This document shows, one piece after another, positions 40,401 through 55,400 of a stretch of 64,000 nt of DNA. Source of the stretch: Negaprion brevirostris (lineage: Eukaryota); assembly GCA_030324005.1 (NCBI GenBank), contig JARDVH010000132.1, positions 121,708,459 through 121,772,458 on the forward strand, written 5' to 3'. How positions within the stretch are numbered: the first letter of the stretch is position 1; the number at the start of each line of letters is the position of its first letter. The notes beneath the pieces were generated by a model. The model was not told where the DNA came from, ran no database searches, and saw nothing but the letters and a program-made list of their open reading frames with translations. The position numbers and the translations under genes were made by a program.

Positions 40401-43400
40401 AGTTTGGGTGATGGTAGAAGGTGTCAGGAAGGTTTCAGTAAGGAGGCCAATGGTCACTAGTTGTGAGACAAGTTTCAGGATGCCAGTAAAGCAGTGGTGG
40501 CAAGAGGCTCACTTATTTCTTGCAACACTTTTGCAGCTATCCATTTGTTTCTCCCAGCCGCTTCTGAACAGATATTCTGATGAGAAATGGTGAGGGAGCA
40601 GTGATTGTTGGTCCACTGACAGAATCTATTGCTGTTTGAGATGCAGGTGGCAGTAAGGAAGTTACTGAAATAGTCTTTCATGAACATTCTGCATCGGAAT
40701 GTTGGCGAGGCTCGAGGATAGGTTTCTGCTTGCAAGAAGGCAGAGAGTGCAAAGAGAGGGTATCTTTAGGCTTATCCACTAGGAGGCTTGAAACCTTGCT
40801 GGCATGAAACTTGACCAGCAGCAGGGGAGTAGAAAGGCAGCAGAGAATTACCCTACAAAATACCCCGGAGAATAATGGCAGCTTCAGAAAGAAAGTCACA
40901 AATTCAGAAGAAGTCAACTTTTTAAATGAATTTCCTGAGCCCGATTCTGGGGCGGGGGGGGGAAGCACTCGAATGTATGTTCAGATCTTGGCCATTTTTC
41001 AGTGAGTAGCTCCCTCAGTTAGTGTTCATAGACTGCGGTAGGATTTTGCAGTAAACCACAAATTCGGAGAGCGATGCGTCACTTTAAACAAAAGCTTAAA
41101 CATTTCTGGGGAGCTTAAGATAAAGAAATACTAGGATAGTTAACAAAAAAAACATTGGTTGAAGAAATGGGTTTCAGGAAAATGTTGAAATGTGGAAAGT
41201 GAGGTAGAGAAGCCAAGGCATTTTAAATGGAATTCCAGGGTGTAAGGGTAACATAGCTGTAGGCTCTGTATCAGTAGCAGAGCCCAGTGACAAGAGGATA
41301 CAAAAGATGGTAAAGTCAGGAGTGGTGATTTTAGAAAGGGAATAGGAATGGGAAGTGTGAGCTGGTCTGGAATTGTGGTGGAATGTATAGGTAAGAGTGA
41401 AGGTCTGAAATGTGAGACCCTGGAGGATTTGGAACCACGTAAACAAAGGGGGTGCTGAATCTGAGCGCAATTCATATCCGACTTGTAAACCTGTGCTCAG
41501 GCGCCTACATACGCACTCAGCCTGAAAAAAAATCACAAACCTGAATCGCGCTGTGGACGGGGCTTATCACACCTGAACCGCAGCTGCTCTGATTGGAGCC
41601 TTCAACTGCGCGTGCGCAGTAAAAAGAAATTTAGAAAAACGCTCCCCTGTCACATTGCCCCCAGACCACAAAAAGCAAATAAAGCTGCCTGGGAGCAAAA
41701 AGTGGGAGCAATGGCCCCACAGATATCGCCCCAACCCCACAACTTAACTGTCCGCCTTATCCATCCACTCCCCCCACTCCAGACTGAGTGCAACCCGCCA
41801 CCCCACCGATCGCCCACAAAATGGCAGCAGATGCTCCTGCCCCTACCCCTCTGCCCTGCACCAAATTTCCATCTGGCCCGCCTCCTTTCTCTTCCTCCAC
41901 CACCCCAGCCAGAGATCCACCTGGCCTCCTTCTCCCCCCCCTACCCTCCTCAGCCAGAGAGCGATCGCACCCCCCCCCCCCCCACCGTGACCCACCTGAG
42001 AACAATCTGGCATTCCTCATCCCTCTTTCCTCCAGAGAGAGATCTGGCCTCCCTCCCCACCACCAGAGAGATCTGATCTCCCTCTGCCCCCAGCCCCCCT
42101 CCCCTTCCCCCCACCAGAAAATGATTTGGCCCTGCCTTCCCCCTCCTCACCAGAGAATGGTCTGNNNNNNNNNNNNNNNNNNNNNNNNNNNNNNNNNNNN
42201 NNNNNNNNNNNNNNNNNNNNNNNNNNNNNNNNNNNNNNNNNNNNNNNNNNNNNNNNNNNNNNNNGACTCGTCTCCTCCTCCCTTCCCCCCCCCTGGAGAA
42301 TGATCTGTCCCCCCCCCCCCGATCTGAGTTTGAGAGCTGCTGGAAGGTCGGAACTTACCTCTTCAGAAACTGGAGCGCCTGAAACAGACCTTTGCTGAGC
42401 GTGTCTGTTTCGTGCCGAATTGTTTTGAGTGAATGCTATGGTACAGGGGGAAATAATGGTAAGATTGGGCGTCCAGCTCATTAAGTCAATTTAATTGCAT
42501 GCAAATGCATTTAAATTGATGTCGCACCCGTTTCGGGTGTGGTTCTTATTGTGGCATTTGCGGGCCTTGGTAAAGTGGGTGTTTGCGCAGACACGAGTAC
42601 GGATCACACTAATCGCCTCACGCCCAATTTTACCAAGTTTTCGTGCCCGAACATGGGTGCGACACAATGGCAAAATTGGGCCCAAAATGTAAATTTAACC
42701 CTGTGAGGTTTACGCGTAGTGTTGGACAAATAGGGTTAATCACAGAAATGAATCAATGGTGGAGTTTGGACATGTACGGGGGGGATTCACCAGACCTGTT
42801 GGTTGCTGTTGGGAATCTCTATGGTTGCTAAATTAGCCATCAGGGATAAATTGAGATTCCCGCTGTGTGGCGAACCATTGCCATTCACCCAGCTTGCTGG
42901 CCCCATTCAGGTTCCTGCTCAAACACAAACCCAGTTATTATTTTATAGTGTAAATTTGAATATAATTAGTGGACATGAAGGCCAATTCAAAGCCTTCTTG
43001 CCATTCACCCACATCCCTGGCAGGATCTGCACTAGGCGGGTTTTGGTGTTGGTCATGAACATCATGGACCTGGCACATTGAACCCTGAGGGGGGATTCAA
43101 GAAGATAAAAGCGGTATCCATGTGTCCCTCTGCACTGCCAGACTGCAGGGGGAGGATCCCCCATGTGTCCTGGGGGTTGGGTGGGTTTGGGCTTGGGGTT
43201 GGGGCAAGGGGTTGACCATAGCACTCTACCCCAGGATGGGGGTCTTGTGATTCGTCTGCCCCTCCTAACCCTGGAAAACCTGAACGCTCTTGGCATGGTC
43301 ATTTCAAACATCTCCCTGATCAAAATGTTCATTCCAGTCTGTGTACTATGAAAACCTTGAAGTGGCTTAGTCACTTTAATCTCCATGTCCCTGGTCACCT

Positions 43401-46400
43401 GGCTTCCAAATCACAGCAGCACTCCATTCCGAGGAGGGATTCTTTTTTCTCTCTGCCAAAAACCACAGGTATGTGAACACCTCTTTCAAGTTCTCTGAGT
43501 GATGGGAGGAGTCACTTTCGCTGAGGGTGAGGGGGGGGAGGCAGAGAATTCTCTTCTCCACAGCTGCTCACTCAGCCCCATTTATATAACATTGCAATTA
43601 TCCCTAGTCTTTGAGCTTTCCTGGAAAGCACAAATCCTTGGAAATCCTTTTAATTCCATGGAAATCTTTTGAAGTCCTTTGCTTTTCCTAGGGAACCTTT
43701 ATTTTCCTTGGAAAAGTTTTGCTTTCATTCAATTTCACAGTGCAGTCTAAAAAACCGTTGATTAATAGCTAAATGGCTTTTGCGCAGCATGCATTGTTTA
43801 TCCTTCCTTCCATGGCTGGATGCATCTGAAATGCCCCCTATTGTTCCTAAGTTCAATGTTTATACAAATGTGGAACTAAAAGCACTTAGCTATTTTAAAG
43901 TTGCCTGCAGCTATGAATCACGAGGTAACTCAAGGTGAGTGGGTTGTTGGGTCACTCTCATGTGTGCACTGTATTAGAGGGTGGGCGGGGGAGAGGGGAG
44001 GAGGTGCAGAGGGGCTGATCCATTCTTCCTGTGATCAAGAGAAGATGTCCCTCTGTGCTGTGGGGTTGGTGGTGCTCCCCTGGTCAGCAGGAGGTGGAAT
44101 GGGATCACCATTTCGGTTGTTGGGAGGGTTGCCTGTCTGTCAGTGTGGCATTCCCATCTCTGAACAGGAGGAGGAATTTCACATGTTGCATAAATTTGTT
44201 CTTCCCGCTGGCGCGGGCACTTCAATTCAAAATGGATGAATCACACCCATTGTGGACAATGGAATATGGGAGTTTATCAAGGGGCATAAAGCAATGATGT
44301 AATTCAGAAGAACAAATATACTGTCTGCTTTGCTAGATTATACTTATTCTCTTTGTGTGTTCAAGTGTGCTGACATTAGAACTCGATTTGTACAAATTAT
44401 TTACATTCTTTTTATTGCCTCATTAGCCAAACCTTGACATGGAGGCCAATAGTAATCACAGATGAGTAAACTTCATCCCCATCGTGTAATAATTGTTCAC
44501 TGTGAATCCCACCATCTGAAAAATCAAGAGACAAACTCCTAAACAAAATCAGGAGATTATAACTCATGAGTTACTTCAACTTTTCAAACAACATCTTGGT
44601 GGTGAGGAAGCTCTTAAAAGTATTATAATTCATAGTAATTTGGGCAAAGGTATCCTAATTAAAGAAAGCCAGCACAAATTCGTTAAAAGTCCTTTGATGA
44701 GACAACAGAAATGGATGAACAGCAGACGTACAAGCAGAGTTTGAGCTTATACAATAAATAGGACAGTGGCAATAGGAATATGAAGTTGGCTGAATTACAG
44801 GAAACAGAGACAATTGCTGAATGGGTACATTTTGGACTGGAGGAAGATTTATAGCAGAAGTCCCCTGGGGTCGATGTTAGGATTCCTGGTCTTTCTGATA
44901 TATATTAATCACCTAGACCTTGGTTTACAGGCACAATATCAAAATTTACAGATGTTATGCCACTTAAAAACATTGTGAACTCTGAGGAGAATGGTAAACA
45001 ACTTCCAAAAGTGATTGGTGCAATGGATGGAATTTAATGCAGATGAGGTGAGGTGATTCATTTTGGTAAGAAAAATACAGAGGAACAATATCAAATAAAA
45101 GATGCAACTGTAAAGGGGGTGCAAGGAAATAGAAGGGCCTGAGCAGCCAGCATAATTAAGGACCCCACGCACCCTGGACATTCCCTCTTCCACCATCTTC
45201 TGTCTGGATAAAGATACAAAAGTCTGAAGTCACATAACAGCTGACTCAAGAACAGCTTCTTCCTTGCTGCTCTCAGACTTTTGAATGGATTTACCTTGTA
45301 TTAAGTTGATCTTTCTCTATACCCTAGCTATGACTGCAACACTACATTCTGCACTCTCTCATTTCCTTCTCTACGTACGGTATGCTTTGTCTGCACAGCG
45401 CGCAAGAAACAATATTTTTTACTGTATGTTAATACATATGACAATAATAAATCAAATCAATCAAAATCTGTCTATCTGCATAATTCATTGCTGCTGGAAA
45501 GGCAGGGTGATTTCATTTTCTTGTATCTAGTTGTAGCCACAGAATCACCTGTATTACTTCTGTTGTTCTCCATTAGTCCATTCTTTGCTCCCTCCTATTT
45601 CTTATCCACATTTTCCCCTTAGCACATCATTTGAAAACAGCATGGTTTACATGTACACTGATGACATTCAGTACTACCTGACCACTTTAACACCTCTCTC
45701 AAAGCCTCCACCATCTCTAACTAGTCACACTCCTTGTCTGATGCACAATATTGAGTGAACATAAATCTTCTTCCACTACGCATTGAGAAGGCTGAAGCCA
45801 TTATCTTTGTTCCCTGCTGCAAACTCTGTTCCTGAGCACTGACTCTTTGGGCGGGACTTTTAGGCCATGCTCGCCCCAAAACTGGCAAATCCCGCCCGAG
45901 GTCAATGGGCTTTTGCATAGTCCACCCCCTGCCTGCCGCAGGGATCATAGCAGGCAGAACAGGAAAATTCTCCCCTTTATTTCTCCTTGCCAACTTTCTG
46001 ATGCTGAACAAGACCGTTCATAATCTTGATGTTGTCTTCAGCACTGAGATAGGCTAATGACCACATATCTACTTCTAAGACAGTTTACTTTCACTTTCAT
46101 AATATTACACAATTCTTCTCTTACCTTGGCTCATTTGCTGCTCAATCCCCGATCCATGCCTTTGTTACCTTTAAACATGACTATCCCATACATTCCTGAT
46201 TTAACTCTTAGATTCTAGCCTCTGTTATGATCTGGGGCCAGATCCCCCAAAAGTTTGGTAAGGTCTAGTTAGGGATCAATAATATTTTGTTCAAAGTGTA
46301 CAAAGTTACGATCAAGGCACTTGTCAAGAGAATAAAGCCACATGGATTTTGATAGAACAAAAATAGAGTTTACTATACAGGGCCGGAAAGATATAACAAT

Positions 46401-49400
46401 TTGTAGTATCTCTCTTGCACTCTAATATTTAAGGTTAATATGAGATACATGTGTATGAACAGACGAACTGTGATGAACACACCGCACTGCACAATAAATG
46501 ACAAGTGAAAACAAGATGGATTCCACAGATTTCTCAACAACCTAACCAGACATCAGTAAGCAATAGGTCAACACATCTCTTGGAANNNNNNNNNNNNNNC
46601 TATTTTTCACTATCGAAGATTACACATTGGAATTCTCTCCAATGGTTGCTGCAGCTTAGATGGCAGATTATTTCCAAGGATTTTACTTTTGTCTGCCAAG
46701 ACTCTGTTCCTGTGGATTCCTGAGTCTGCACTCTGGCACCAACTCACAAGAACAACTTCAGTTCTTTGGCCACATCGAGCAAAATTGCACTGCTCCAAAG
46801 GAGTACATTCACCCATGGAATCACCTTCTTGATTATGGTGTCCTGCTCCCCATTTTCTTTTTGCACAGGCGCAATAGGTTGGTCTTCAGCCTCAAGAACT
46901 TCAAACGCTGCACTCTACATGCGCAGCTCTCAGGATGCCTACAGTACAGAGGGAGGCCATACAGCCATCATGTCTGCACTGACAACAATCCCACTTAGGT
47001 CCTATCCCCATAAGCCTACATATTTCTCCTGCTAATCCCTCTAACCTACTCATCCTGGGACACTAAGAGGCAACTCAGAATACCTAATGCACCTAACCCA
47101 CACATCTTTGGTCTGTGGGAGGAAACCGGAGCTCCCACAGTAAACCCATGCAAACACAAGGAGAATGTGCAAACTTCACATAGACTGTGACCCAAGTCGG
47201 GAATCGAATCCAGGTCCCTGTGAGGCAGCAGTGCTAACCACTGCATCCCCGTTCCCCTTCAACACATGTGCAGAGACTCCTGAGACATGTTCGGAGTTGT
47301 AGTTTGCAGCCTCCTGATGACAAGATACTCATAACCCCTCCCTAAACATGAGTCTTCCAAAACTTTGCCATGCATGACTTCACTATTTACCGATCACCCT
47401 GTCCTTGCTTACATTGATTTGNNNNNNNNNNTAAAATTTGCAAATCCCTCCATGACCTCGTCCCTACCTACCTCTATAACCTACTCCAGCCCTATAAACA
47501 TTTGCGATCTCTTCAGTTCTGACTTCTTGTACATCCCCGATACTAATTGCTTCATCATGGTCATGCCTTCAGCTGCCTAAGTTCAGGAATTCTCCACTAA
47601 AGCTCCCAGTTTCTCTAGCCATCCCTCCTCCTTTAAAACATTTTGAAGTTGTCTTTAACCAAGTTTATTTCATCCACTTTGATATCGATGGCTGCTTGTC
47701 AAGTTTCAAATAATAATGCTCTAGTGAAGCATCTTGAATACTTTGATGCTTTAAAGGTGCAATTTAAATGCAAGATATTGTTCTTGCCAATGTTATGCTT
47801 TCTGTTTGCTGGGTATTGTCTTTGCCTTTGGCCTACTGCCATTGATGCGATCTTGTACCTGTTGAGCAGGCTAACCATTTTGCCAGCCGTTAGGCGGGAA
47901 CCAGTACAAGAACATGTACAAGATCATTTTTGGCCTCCTGAACAAACTCCAAACCTTTTATCTCAGGAGATGTAGCTGGTTTTTCAGACTCAGAACTGTT
48001 CAAACTTGCACATCAAAATTTTTTTTTATTCATTTGTGGGGTATGTGTGTCGCTGGTTGGCCAGCATTGATTGCCCATCCCTAGTTGCCCTTGAGAAGAT
48101 GGCGGCCTTCTTGAATCGTTGTAGTCCATGTGTTGTGGGTTGACTGACAATTCCGTTAGGGATTTTGACCCAGTGACTGTGAAGCAATAATTATATATTT
48201 CCAAGTCAGGATGGTGCGTGGCTTGGAGAGAATTTTGCATGTGGTGGTGTTCCCATGTATCTGCTGCCCTTGTTGTTCAAGATGGAAGTGATCATAGGTT
48301 TGGAAAATACTGTCTTAGGATCTTTGTGGATTTATAACTTACTAGATTGTGCTGTGCCAATTAGTCTATCATAAATAACTTTCAAGTGTTTATAAAACCC
48401 TAGCTGTACTGAAGGATTGTGAGATTCCACCACTGAGAATGACAGATGGAATTGTATCCGAATTTAGTAGCAATGCAACCAGAAGTTGAAAATGTCACTA
48501 AGGACACCAACTATTATGGCTTTTCTTTCCTCCTTAATATGTTTCTTTTTTGGTGGTTAATAACTGAACCTGTAAACAACATTGGTTTGAGATGATGATC
48601 CAGTAAGATAATGCTTCATTCTTTCCTTAGGGTGAGAGAGGCCCAGCTGGATATAACGGTACAGTTGGAGATGATGGATGTCCAGGTGCTAAAGGCTTAA
48701 TGGTAAGAAATGTTTCTAATTTATTCACACCAATTATATTTATTTTTAAAGATTAGATTTTGCGACTAACATAGAAGGAGACTGAAAAACCTTCCATAAA
48801 TATGAAAAGGAAAAAGATTCGTGAAGACAAATGTAGGGTCCCTTACAGTTCAAAATGGGAGAATTTATAATAGAAAACAACAATTAAACTGATACTTCAA
48901 TTCTGTCTTCACAGAGGAAGACACAAATAACTTACCACAAATGCTAGGGGACCAAGGGTCTAGCGAGAAGGAAATTAGTATTACTAACAAAAAAGATACT
49001 GGAGAAGTTATGGAACTGAAATCCGATAAATCCCCAGGGCCTGATAATCTACGTCTGAAGGAGATACTAAAGCAGGAGGCCATGGGAATATGGGATGCAT
49101 TGGTTGTCATGTTCTAGAACGTTCTAGATTCTGGAACAGTCTTGGCAGATTGGAGGGTGACAAATATAATCCCGTCATTTAAAAAAGGAGGGATGGCAAA
49201 AACAGGAATTACAGACTGGTTGGCCTAACATCAGTAGTAGGGAACATTCTGGAGTCTATTATAAAGCATGTGATAACAGGACACTTAGAAAATACCATCA
49301 GGATTAGACAAAGTCAACATGAATTTATGAAAGGCAAATTATATTTGATAAACCTACTGGAGATTGTTTTTTGAGGCCATAACTAGTAGAATAGATAAGG

Positions 49401-52400
49401 ATGGACCAGTCAATGTGGTGTAATTAGATTTTCAGAAAGTTTTTGATAAGTCCTGCATAAGAGGTCAGTGTGCAAAATCAAAACACATGGGATTGGGGGT
49501 AATGTATAGGCATGGATTGAAAATTGGTTAGTGGACAGGAAACGGAGAGCAGGGAAAAATGGGTCTTTTTCGAAGTGGCAGACAATGACTGGTGTAGTTC
49601 CATTGGGATCATTGCTTGGGCCCCAGTAATTCACAATATACTTCAATAATTTGGATATGGAAATGAAATGTAATGTTTCCAACTTTGGTGACAACACAAA
49701 ACTTGCTGGAGATAAATGATGAGGATGCTGCTAAGAGCCTGCAGGGTTCTTAGACAGGTTGAGTGAGTGGGCCAATACAAGACTGATGCAATATAATGTG
49801 GATAAATGTAAAACTATCTACTTCATAAGGAAAAACAAAATGGCAGAGTGTTATTTAAGTGGTAATATATTGGGAAGTATTTGTGTGCACAGGGATCTTT
49901 GTGTCCTTGTACGCCAGTCACCGAATGCAAACATGTAGGTACAGCAGACAGTGAAGAAGGCAAGCAGTATTTTGGCCTTTATTGCAAAAGATGACTTGGG
50001 TACAGGAGCAAAAATGTCTTACTGCAGCTATTCAGATCATTGATGAGACCACACCTGGAGCATTGTGTGCAGTTTTGGTCTCCTTCGTGAAGCAAGGATT
50101 TACTTGCCATTGATGGAGTGTAGCAAAGGTTCACCAGACTGATTCCTGGCATAGCAGCATAGTCGTACGGGGAAAGATTGGGTTGACTAGACCTGCACTC
50201 ACTGGAGTTTAGAAGAATGAGAGGGAATCTCATTGAAACATAAAAAATTCTGGTGGGGCAGGACAGACTGAATGCAAGGATGTTGTTTCCTCTGGAGATT
50301 AGAACAAGGGGTTACAATCTGAGGATATGGAATAGACCATTGAGGGTTGAGATAAGGAGAAATTTCCTCACTCAGAAAGTGGTGAACCCACGGGATTTTC
50401 TACCATGTAAGGCTGTGGAGGCCAAGTCACGGAATATACTTAAGAGGAAATTGTAGGATTTCTAGACTCTAAAAGTGTCAAGGGGTATGGGGAGAACCTG
50501 AGAGTATGGCATTGAAATAAAGGATCAGCCATGATCATATTGAATGGTGGAGCGGGCTTGGAGGGTCAAATGCCTACTCCTGCTCCTATTTTCTGTTTCT
50601 TTGTCTTACAATTTTATAATCAATTGCCTATATATTTCAGGGAAAAAGAGGTTATCGAGGACAGAAGGTAAATATGACATCGTAATTTATTTTATTAATA
50701 ATTGTTTTATCCTATGAACCGGTGGATGTGGTATATCTCGATTTTCAGAAGATGTTTGATAAGGTGCCGCACAAAAGGTTGCTTCAGAAGGTTAGGGTGC
50801 ATGGAGTTGGGGGTAAGGTGTTAGCGTGGATAGAGGATTGGTTGTCTAATAGGAGGCAGAGNNNNNNNNNNNNNNNNNNNNNNNNNNNNNNNNNNNNNNN
50901 NNNNNNNNNNNNNNNNNNNNNNNNNNNNNNNNNNNNNNNNNNNNNNNNNNNNNNNNNNNNNTTCTTATGTTCTTATGTTCTAAGTTTGAACATTTTCTTC
51001 AACCTGACTTTGCTAACCAGTCTATTAAAACCCAGTGTTCTATTGCAACAGGGCAGTGATGGAAACCATGGCATTGATGGAATAACTGGAGAGCAGGTAT
51101 GAATTTTCTGAATTAGATTTTCACAAAAAGATTATTTACAAATGCCTTAGAAATAGAAACTTGACATAGATGTTGCTGCATGAGACAGCCTTTAAAGACT
51201 CAAAAGTCCTTCTAAAAATATCGGTCGACTTGTATGCCAAGTATATAAATAAATGGAGATGTAGGTAGTCACCATCTTTGTCGCTTGCTACATGGGATCA
51301 GCTCTGTGTAGGGGTGTTTTAAACATCTGTGCTTGTTTATGACTAGACCAATATCACCTGCTTTGCCCTTTATCCATTACAAGATTCCAGTAAGTAAAAC
51401 ACCCATTGTGAGGTGATACATTGGGATGGAGTATTAATGCAAGAAAGGCATGTCATGGCCAAAAAAGGGTTAGATTTATATGCTGAGTATTTTTTTAAAA
51501 AACTTTATTTATTATTGTCACAAGTAGGCTTACATTAACACTGCAATGAAGTTACTGTGAAAATCGCCTAGTTGCCACACTCTGGCGCCTATTTGGGTAT
51601 ACTGAGGGAGAATTTAGCCAATGCATCTAAACAGTATGCCTTTCAGACTGTGGGTGGAAACTGGAGCACCCAGAGGAAACCCATGCAGACACGTGGAGAA
51701 CATGAAGACTCCGCATAGACAGTGACCCAAGTTAGGAATTGAACCCGGGTCCTTGCTGCTGTGAGGAGCAGTGCTAATGACTGTGCCACTGTGCTGCAAC
51801 ATAATGCAAAGACATGAGAAATGGGGCTGGAAAATGAGGCCTTTATATACTCTGGGTCAAGTTATATGTTGCAACTTATAGTAATGTGTTTAACACATAT
51901 ATGCAATAATTAATAGAATTATTAAGAATATTATGTTCTCACAGGGAGAATATGGACCTACTGGACCTCGTGGTGAAAAAGGCTTAATTGGAAAACCGGT
52001 AAAATATTTCCTGTTGTGCTAAGTTGTTATGACCGAGAAATGTTTATCTGCTGTGTTGTAGAGAATTGTCCTGTTTCAAAGATACAAGAGAAGGAGAGAG
52101 CTGGAGATGTGGAAAATACATAGTAAGTTCATTGAAAAAGAAAAGGGAATGTAATGTTTCTGGTACAATTCCTAGATTAAGTAAGTGTTACGTTGATACC
52201 TGCCAACATTGAAAACTGGAAAATCATACACCCACAGATTTGGAAAGTTTTCTTCCCCCCACCATTAATCTCTTTTCTTTTGTTCAGATTCCCATGGACC
52301 TGCTGTGTATTTTTTTGGTTCTGGTTCAGGCTTATAACAGAGCTGTTGACTTATAAAATATTATCCCCAGTTTATGTAAGAAAAGAAGTGAAGCAGGAAA

Positions 52401-55400
52401 ACTATATCTGCAGCAATGTGCATCATAATATGAAAAATAATGGAAGAAAATGTGTGAAAATTGTTTAGAATGAAGAGAGTAGTACAGACGCTTAATGTTA
52501 TCTTGGTTTGTCAAATGGAAATGAATTGCAGCAGAATTATGATTATGGTACACCCTGTTCTTGCTCCACTGAATTCTTCAGTGCGATAATATGCCAGTGA
52601 GATATAATGGGGGCAGATTTTCTTGTGTGTGAACAGGAAATAATTGCGTTGGCAAAGAGCATTAAGTAAATTTGCACACCCTTAATGGAACCTTCTTGAT
52701 CTTCTGTCCATTATTGTGAAAAAGGGGGCAGCCTTGCCACTGGCATGATATACTTTCTGTTCAATTTTCTCTTTGTGGAATGTCCAGGCAATTCATTAGC
52801 ACTCAAGTGTAAAACCCACAGCCTAATGTGATGGCGATGTCTGCTCTAATGTTCCTCTGAACCATGGGTAGTAACCATCAAGTAGCTAGATAATAGATAA
52901 AATTTAACGTTTATGTTTTAGTATCACAATTAGGCTTACATTAACACTGCAATGGAGTTACTGTGAAAATCGCTGAGTCATTACATTCTGGCGCCCATAC
53001 AGGTACACTGAGGGAGAATTTAATTTGACCAATGCACCTAGCCAGCACGTCTTTTGGACTGTGGGAGGAAACTGGAGCACCCAGGGAAACCCACACAGAC
53101 ATAAGGAGGAACGTGCAGACTCAGCACAGACAATGACCTGAGCCTGGGAATCAAACCCAGGTCCCTGCCGCTGTGAGGCAGAAGTGCTAACCACTGTGCC
53201 ACCATGCCATCCAAATACACTTTTACTTAAGACATTGAGGAACTCAGATTGTATAAATTGCAAGATTTGAACTGAAGTGTTTAGTTTTATCTGAATCTGT
53301 AACAGCTGTTATGGCCTGGTTAGGTTCTAGGATCAGGAGTTGAGAACAGATTGTGTGGGCTTTGCGGGGAGTGAGTGACTGCTATCTGTATTTACCTTCT
53401 TGATTGTGCGGAAAGTATAATACTTCCCTTTGATTTTTCAGCCAGGATCAGAATCCCATGATGTGAAAGCTAATAGGGCCGGTATACCATTTCACTGGAC
53501 AGTGCTTCAGTTTTCCTGCATGCCACAGTTACATATAAACCCTTGGTGAATTATATTTTTCATCTGGCTGGGGTGCATCATATTGCCAGACAGTGAAATC
53601 ATTCTTCCCTTTGGAATAAATTGAATTGATCTACTATGTATTGAAAATATTTTGGAGAACTAATACTGTGTGCCTTAATTTCTAGGGTAGAAAAGGTCTA
53701 AAAGGTTTGCCAGGTGATCGTGGAGAGACCAATTCCCGAGGAGACCCTGTAAGTAATCTCTAGAAAAGGGCTAGTACAATATTCAAAGACTATAAGGAAC
53801 ATGCTTCCTGCTGCCCTGTTTGAGCCTGCTTGAGAATGTTATCTATGGAATGTAACTAGTCAGGATTGAATAATGTAGACTCTAATGTTAGATTGATGTT
53901 TTAGGGCATTTTGAGATGATGAGTTGTACTGTAATGTTGCTTTTTTTATGGTCAACCACATGCCTGAATTGCATGGAGAACTATCATTATACTGAGTTAT
54001 CAAACCTGGTTCTAAAAAAATTCACACAGTTAGAATATGTGTTTGTTGGAATTGGGGCTGGATTTCACATTCTCCTGCTGATGGGTTTGGTGGCCTTCAC
54101 ACCACCTATCTGACCTATCCTGATCCATCTGAAATTTTGTGGGAGAGGCATTGGTGGTTCCCCCACCACAGCCCTATTAAGGTCCTGAAGTAGTCAATTA
54201 ATAGTCACGTAAGTGTTTTTTTCCCACTGCTGCTGGTGTTTTATCCAGAGCAGAGTTAGGTCCAACCATGTAGGAATGCCAGCAGGCTTAGCTGTATGGT
54301 CTGGTGGCAAGCAAGTGCCCGTCAGAGGCAATTTGTACTCCCCTCACCCCTCCCCCCTCNNNNNNNNNNNNNNNNNNNNNNNNNNNNNNNNNNNNNNNNN
54401 NNNNNNNNNNNNNNNNNNNNNNNNNNNNNNNNNNNNNNNNNNNNNNNNNNNNNNNNNNNCCCCCCTCAGCTGTCAGTTTATTGCCCCCCTCCCTTTTAAC
54501 TGTTCCCCTGGACTCTTGAATTTGGCTCCCTCAACCCTCAGCACTCAGCCCCCTTGTTCCCACTCTCATACTTGCTGAGCCCCCTGATCCAGTACTTACC
54601 TGGATTTCTCATGGTGGGGGACTGCCTGTGATCCCAGCTGTGGCTCCCAAAGGCATTGCTGGGACATGCACAGCTTCCATCCAATCTGACACTGGGGAGT
54701 GTTGTCGTATATTGAAACCAGGTAAATGCAGAGTCTATTTTCAAATAGGACAACACAGTAGACACATTATTCAACTCCATGTAAAATAATGGAACTGATA
54801 ATTGATTATCTAAAGTGAAAATATGTTCAATAATGACTGAGTGGTCAATCTGAATTCGTAAGGTGAGATCCTAACTAATCACTCACCTTTATGTGCTATT
54901 TTCTTTCTCTGCTGTTCTTATCTTGTCTGTGACACCTCCAGATATTTACTCCCATTTCTGTCTAATTGCAATCTACTATCCCTGAATAGTTTCACTGAGT
55001 CTTTAGCAAGTGTTAACTTGGAATCTGACTGTAATTTCATCGGCTTGCTGCAACATGACCGCAAGCCATTTTGCCGTGCAGAATAGCATTTGGCCAAAAC
55101 TACGAGATGGTTATCAAACTGGCCATCGATTTTGTTTCATATTTCAATTGGTTTTCAAAACTTAGATTTCTGCAGTTTACAGAAAGACTTTCAAATTCAC
55201 TTCATACTGTTTTGAAAGTGTTGTTCTATTCTTGGACAGTTGAGTTATATTTTAATGGAACGTGTGAAAAACACCTTTGATTTCCTCAACTATTGAATAT
55301 ACCACAGTGTAAAGTTTAAGGTTTAAAGTCTATTTATTAGTTTTACAAGTAGGCTTACATTAACACTGCATTGAAGTTACTATGAAAATCACTTAGTTGC

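Larger units (their letters stand above)
45530..47790 (+). mobile_element. Degenerate L2 LINE 3' region split by MITE, LTR-like and SINE insertions
   Basis: catgtacactgatgacattcag (Y(A/T)DD-like), gaagattgaagccatt-like, catgcctttgttacct, then taaaatt...aaatccctccatgacctcg and L2-type tail at 47720-47790. Confidence 0.55.

Noticed and set aside
41612-42481. Pro/Gly-rich ORFs (also 3252-3960, 20049-20592)
   Set aside because: Translations of C/G-rich tandem repeats inside non-autonomous transposons; no Gly-X-Y register or splice context.
46221-46700. Additional solo LTR starting TGTTATG
   Set aside because: Right boundary and TSD could not be defined; contains a gap.
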